Source of the DNA: Blastocatellia bacterium
GTDB taxonomy: Bacteria > Acidobacteriota > Blastocatellia > UBA7656
Direction: 5' to 3'
Length of the DNA stretch: 64,000 nt
Assembly: GCA_963765495.1 (NCBI GenBank)
Contig: CAVXWP010000003.1
Span: forward strand, 262,671-326,670
Part shown: positions 59,686 through 64,000 of the stretch, in pieces
Numbering within the stretch: position 1 is the stretch's first letter
How the letters are laid out: every line of letters begins with the position of its first letter
Program-made: the position numbers and the translations under genes
Notes under the pieces: generated by a model
Databases searched by the model: none
Told to the model about the DNA's origin: nothing
Seen by the model: the letters and a program-made list of their open reading frames with translations, nothing else

Positions 59686-60412
59686 ATGAAATTAGGGAAG
59701 ATTCTGGCAGTTCTGGTCGTCACTGCTGCAATTGCCGTTGCAGCTTATTTTGGACTCAGACCGTACTTCCAAGAGCAGAATCAAGTGAAGCAGGATCAAC
59801 AACAGCAGGAACAGGATCGTGCCAAACAGGATAAACAACAACAAGAACAGGATCAGGCGAAGCAGAAGCAGCAACAACTGGAACAAGATCGGGAAAAGCA
59901 GAAGCAGACGGTTGCAGATATTAGAAACACTGGCACTGCCATGTTTAGCTGGCTCACAGATCAGGTAGGTGACAGGGCCAGATCCCCCAGGGATTTCCCC
60001 CATACCCGTGAGCCTGGCAGTTAACAGCCCCGACAGCCTGGACTTTCAAGCAGGACGGCCAAGGAGCGTGCTTGTGACTCATCTTGTCGCGCAAGGACAG
60101 GCCAAAGAGGTGGATCTCAAAGATCACGCGCCGATTACTTTGGATGACCTGAAGAAATTGCTCGTGCCTCAGTACTTACAAAACATTCCGGAGAAAGACG
60201 GCTGGGGGCATCCCTATGAATACTATTTGAAAGTTGGGCAACGCGTGTTAGACCCGCAGGTCATGTTCATCCGCAGCCCAGGCCGCGACGGAAAGTATGA
60301 GAGTTCGCGCTATTCGGTAGCTGGGTTTCCACCAGACAGCTTCGACGAAGATATTGTATGGACAGACGGGTTCTTTGCCCGATGGCCGGAAGGCAGCACA
60401 CCGGGTCATTAG
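59686..60412 (+). pseudogene. Frameshifted GspG/pseudopilin-like membrane protein with Gln-rich repeats
   Basis: AAGGAGG RBS, TM helix, QKQTVADIRNTGTAM; second frame P.KDGWGHPYEY..IRSPGRDG; AGGT duplication at 59963-59970 breaks the frame. Confidence 0.72.
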
Positions 60413-60431
60413 TGATTGGTATGAAGGGGCC

Positions 60432-60523
60432 AACTGACAACGTGTTCGACCGGGCGGAGGCAGCGAGTTCATCCGGCTTCGGCCATAGCCGTCGCCCGCG
60501 CCCGGTTAACACGAGCATTAAGC
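60432..60523 (+). repeat. Degenerate attC of a different sequence type (site 10)
   Basis: AACTGAC-AACGTGTTCGACCGGGCG...CGCCCGGTTAACACGAGC-ATTAAGC; inner arms pair, both core heptamers mutated. Confidence 0.62.
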
Positions 60524-60676
60524 GCACGCGAGGGTTGGTCGGTGAGAATGAACAATACTGTTGGCCAAGAAGACAGAAGGAGACCTCTCTACTCAAAGTC
60601 CTGCTAAAAGGCAAAGTCAGCTGGCGCGGCTCGAACGAAGGCAATGCATCTGTGACGCACTCTCAAGAAGAAGCGC

Positions 60677-60761
60677 GCCTAACTGGGGCATTCAACGGAC
60701 CCGCATGCCAACTATTCATTATCCCTTCGCCCACGGCGGGCCGCTGATGCCTGCGTTAGGC
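60677..60761 (+). repeat. attC site 11
   Basis: GCCTAAC...GTTAGGC, 85 bp; preceded by a 150-bp gene-less body. Confidence 0.92.
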
Positions 60762-60794
60762 CTTACCGGCAACCGTCTATGCTAATATCTCACT

Positions 60795-61019
60795 ATGAAT
60801 TACAAAGATCGGATCACCATTGAGCCAGACAAGCGTGGGGGAAAACCCTGCATTAGAGGGATGCGAATCACCGTCTATGATGTACTTTCATATTTAGCGG
60901 CTGGAATGACTGAGCAAGAAATTCTTAATGATTTTCCTTATCTGACAAAAGAAGACATCATTGCTTGTCTCAGCTATGCTGCTGACCGTGAGCATCAGCA
61001 GATGGTGATTCAAGCGTGA
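60795..61019 (+). CDS. DUF433 antitoxin
   Basis: RITIEPDKRGGKPCIRGMRITVYDVL.YLA.GM..EIL.DFP.L..EDI.ACL.YA. Confidence 0.93.
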   Translation: MNYKDRITIEPDKRGGKPCIRGMRITVYDVLSYLAAGMTEQEILNDFPYLTKEDIIACLSYAADREHQQMVIQA

Positions 61020-61347
61020 AACTACTATTTGATCAGAACCTTTCTCCGAGACTGGTTCGACGGCTTGCCGATCTATATCCAGATTCAAGTCACGTTTATC
61101 TTATCGGATTAGATGCGGCTCCAGATCTTGTAATTTGGCAATATGCACAAGACAATGATTTTATAATTGTGACGAGGGATGCCGATTTCAGTGACTTGAA
61201 TGTGCTATTGGGGTATCCGCGAAAGTGAGATGGATCAGGCGTGGCAACTGCACAACAAGAGAGATTGAAAGTATACTTCGTACTAACTATGAGGTTGTAG
61301 AATCGCTCGCGAAAGATAGTTCCGTTGGGATTCTCACTCTATTCTGA
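61016..61347 (+). pseudogene. DUF5615 PIN-domain toxin, frameshifted
   Basis: MKLLFDQNLSP..IVTRDADF..GYP then shifted KVRWIRRGNCTTREIE..GILTLF*; consistent with a 1-nt deletion near 61219. Confidence 0.85.
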
Positions 61348-61372
61348 ATAGAAATTGCAGCCTTGAGACGCA

Positions 61373-61457
61373 GCCTAACTGCTCATTCCAGCGGACGCGC
61401 ATTCCACCTTCTCGTGTTCCATCTGCTACCAGCGCGCCGCTGAACTCGTCGTTAGAC
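61373..61457 (+). repeat. attC site 12
   Basis: GCCTAAC...GTTAGAC, 85 bp. Confidence 0.9.
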
Positions 61458-61609
61458 CCTCGGTTGCTCGCTGTGGATCACCACAGTGAGACGATGTGGA
61501 TTCTTCACTGGATAATTTCAACTTTCCGCGTATCTTGATTAAGGCTCATTTCAGTCTTTAAGAAAGGGATTTTAAGGCTGGCTTCCAGCCGATTTGAGGT
61601 TGTAGGTTT

Positions 61610-62192
61610 ATGAAAGAATGGTTTCTATTTATTGTGATATTCTTCCTCATTGGGAATTCTTCTGCTATAAAGGCACAGAAGCGTAAATATCTGAGAATCA
61701 GAGAAAGACCTCTTGTTTGGTTTGACCTTGATTGCGCAACAAAAACTGCCTACTCTAAGCTCAAACTAGATCGGCTTGTTAAGCCCTCATGAAACAGGTT
61801 GATTCTGACATGGGGAAATGGGGAGATCGTGCTTTTGCATTTGACCTAAATGGTGATGGAGACAAAGAAGTTTTTGTTCTTCTCGATTGCTCTGGTCTTG
61901 GAAACTGTAATTGGGGAATTTTCAGTACCAAACCTGCGCGTTGGCTAGAATTATCAATGGCGAACATATTTGGGTTCATAGACGAAATGGAAATTGGTCT
62001 CGACTGACCGTAGCAAGTGACATGAATGTCTCGGAGAGTTTACTGCGTACATACAGATTTAAGAATGGAAAATACAGGAGATTTGGAAGTGACTATTTGG
62101 AAAGTGCATACAAAGGTAATGAAGTTGAGAATTTGTATACAGTGAAACCAACCTGTGACCGACACCGGATACGTCAAAAGGATAGAAAATAA
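61610..62192 (+). pseudogene. Cassette gene for a secreted protein, broken into three frames
   Basis: Signal peptide MKEWFLFIVIFFLIG; DLNGDGDKEVFV..CSGLGNCNW; YRFKNGKYRR in overlapping successive frames. Confidence 0.62.
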
Positions 62193-62295
62193 TGAACAAA
62201 CCAATCGGAGATCGCTCTATGAAAGTAAGGGAGGGGGGACGGGCATTCTCAAGAGGTGTTTATTTTAGGGGCAGGATGCTAACCAAGGCAATTGG

Positions 62296-63334
62296 GGCTT
62301 TGTTGCGCAATTCGAGATGAAGATAGACTTCACCCAGACTTCGACCTCTTTTAGAATGCTACTGTGTCGGGCATCCCTAACTCGCTCATCCGATTCATCG
62401 CCATGCACTTGATCCTTGCCTCCGTTATTTGTGTCTCCATCTTCCTACTGCTCATTCGCTCTCCTAATATCCCCTTTAGCCTGCCCATCTGTGTCTCTAC
62501 CAAGCTCCTCTTGTGATACCCACTCTCTTTCTTCCACTCCTTCTCTCCTTTCTCTGCCTTCTCTCTTATCGCCAGGTTTCTTTCCCCCATATAATAATAC
62601 TTGCTCTCGACTGCTCCCTTTCGCGGCGGGATCAATGGCTTCGCTCCCTTCTTATAGATCGCCTTGTGACACTGGTTTGTATCATATGCTCCATCCCCAT
62701 ATATCCGACCTACTTCCCCTTCCGTTTCCTCTATCAATCGAGGCATTACTCGCGGGTCAACAACTCCCTTGTCGGTCAACTCTACGGCTGTTATCTCCCA
62801 CGTCTCTGTATCTACTGCTATGTGTAACTTCCTCCATTCTCGTCGTTTATCCTTCCCGTGTGTGCGAACTTTCCACTCCCCTTCTCCATAAATCTTAACT
62901 CCTGTTGAGTCTATTACAAGGTCCGCTATTGGCTTGCTTGTATCGCGCTTCAACCTTATCTCTAGCCCTGGGGCTCGCCTTGATACTCTACTGTAATCTG
63001 CAACGGGCAACTCTACTCCCATCAGCTTGAATAATGAGCAGACGAATCCTTGAGTCTGGCGAAGCGGCAGATGGAAGACGGCCTTGATCGAGAGCATTGT
63101 TATGATAGCAGTGTCAGAATATCTCAATGGAGCGCCGGGGCGTGTTTGAGGAGAGCGGTGTAGCCACTGATCAAGGACATCTTGAGAGAGCCAGACTGTT
63201 AGACTACCACGATTACGAAGAGAGGAGTTATACTGTTTCCAGTTACGGGTGCGATAAGTGGGTTTGTTTTTCTTGGTCATAAAGAGATTATACAAACCCT
63301 CGCGCACCTGTTGCCATATTTACGCAACAAAGCC
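62296..63334 (-). mobile_element. IS5-family (IS903 group) insertion sequence
   Basis: TIRs GGCTTTGTTGCGCAATT / ATTTACGCAACAAAGCC flank the transposase; no target duplication visible. Confidence 0.9.
62351..63307 (-). CDS. IS5-family (IS903-like) transposase
   Basis: YR.RNW..YN.SL..RGSLT.W, IDSTGVK.YGEGEW, WRKLH, GDGAYD, YHKRSLVET; start probably about 63280. Confidence 0.93.
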   Translation of the reverse strand: MREGLYNLFMTKKNKPTYRTRNWKQYNSSLRNRGSLTVWLSQDVLDQWLHRSPQTRPGAPLRYSDTAIITMLSIKAVFHLPLRQTQGFVCSLFKLMGVELPVADYSRVSRRAPGLEIRLKRDTSKPIADLVIDSTGVKIYGEGEWKVRTHGKDKRREWRKLHIAVDTETWEITAVELTDKGVVDPRVMPRLIEETEGEVGRIYGDGAYDTNQCHKAIYKKGAKPLIPPRKGAVESKYYYMGERNLAIREKAEKGEKEWKKESGYHKRSLVETQMGRLKGILGERMSSRKMETQITEARIKCMAMNRMSELGMPDTVAF

Positions 63335-63342
63335 TGGATCGG

Positions 63343-63427
63343 GCCTAACTGCTCATTCCAGCGGACGCGCATGCCAACTTCTCATTATCCCTTGGCTACC
63401 GGCGCGCCGCTGAATTCGTCGTTAGGC
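63343..63427 (+). repeat. attC site 13
   Basis: GCCTAAC...GTTAGGC, 85 bp. Confidence 0.92.
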
Positions 63428-63486
63428 GTCAGAAAGGTTGCTTACTCATAAAAGCCATGTGAGGCCCAGACGTGCAGCACTATCGC

Positions 63487-64000
63487 CTAGCAGCCTAGTT
63501 CGCGGCACCACCGCTTCCTGACGCTTCCGGCTTCAGCATCCCCGTGCATCCCGATCCAGCGCACAAAGGCTTCGAACCAACCGGTGCTCGTCGTTTCCTT
63601 CGGATACATCCCAAAGCCATGGCCACCCTGTTCATAAAGATGGAATTCGACAGGGCGCTTTGCTGCCTTCCAGCTATCGATGAGCCCATAGCCACCGTTC
63701 GCGAAGAAAGGATCGTCGGCAGCAAGGGCGATGAACAATGGCGGAGCGTGGGCCGGCACGGTGACCGGCGCGAGAGGACCGTAGATGATGCCGATGAAGG
63801 CTGGCTTCGCATCCTCGCCCGCGAGCGTGGTCGCCATTGTCAGCATCGCGCCAGCGGAAAAGCCGACCATGCCGATCCGATGGGGATCAACGTGCCACTC
63901 GGCAGAACGCTTGGGGATCAGTGCAAACGCCGCGCGGGCGTCGGCGATCTGCGGAGCGAGACCGGCAGTCGCAGGTCTCAGGTCGGGGCGCGGCGGCCGC
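63487..64000 (-). CDS. Alpha/beta hydrolase, C-terminal part (runs off window)
   Basis: WHVDPHRIGMVGFSAG, GGHGFG; homologous to 50935-51795; possible 1-nt frameshift near the C-terminus (HGD vs HGMLKP). Confidence 0.82.
   Translation of the reverse strand, partial: RPPRPDLRPATAGLAPQIADARAAFALIPKRSAEWHVDPHRIGMVGFSAGAMLTMATTLAGEDAKPAFIGIIYGPLAPVTVPAHAPPLFIALAADDPFFANGGYGLIDSWKAAKRPVEFHLYEQGGHGFGMYPKETTSTGWFEAFVRWIGMHGDAEAGSVRKRWCRELGC

Noticed and set aside
55153-63427. Recurring 85-bp repeats as a CRISPR array
   Set aside because: Too long, spacers 145-1900 bp, RYYYAAC/GTTRRRY ends and adjacent intI identify them as attC; no cas genes

Overview
GC-rich bacterial chromosome segment whose gene content and style suggest Acidobacteria (inference, not a database result). 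1-23 kb: GH3 glucosidase, S8 peptidase, a DUF4384 / Ser-Thr kinase / TPR-CHAT module, two tandem tricorn proteases, a secreted beta-propeller, a RluD-type synthase and a PAS hybrid kinase. 23.9-29.9 kb: a compact RiPP cluster (73-aa NHLP-like Cys/Val-rich precursor, rSAM-SPASM maturase, B12-dependent rSAM C-methyltransferase, convergent 2OG-Fe(II) oxygenase and an unknown protein). 30.7-36 kb: thrS-sua5-tdh-kbl. 36-52.5 kb: M16 peptidase pair, sugar ABC transporter with a permease-SBP fusion, a deletion scar joining ECF/kinase/ABC remnants, GH172, esterase. From 52.6 kb: a displaced tRNA-Ala 3' fragment (probable att site), then a lower-GC integron with an intact intI, a small basic gene plus a phased array of eight GTTT-N10-AAAC sites between intI and attI, and 13 cassettes with homogeneous 85-86 bp attC sites. 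Seven cassettes are gene-less and six of them fall into two paralogous, apparently structured non-coding families. An IS5 (IS903-group) element lies near the array end. Best novelty candidates: the integron accessory gene with its site array, the non-coding cassette families, and the RiPP cluster.
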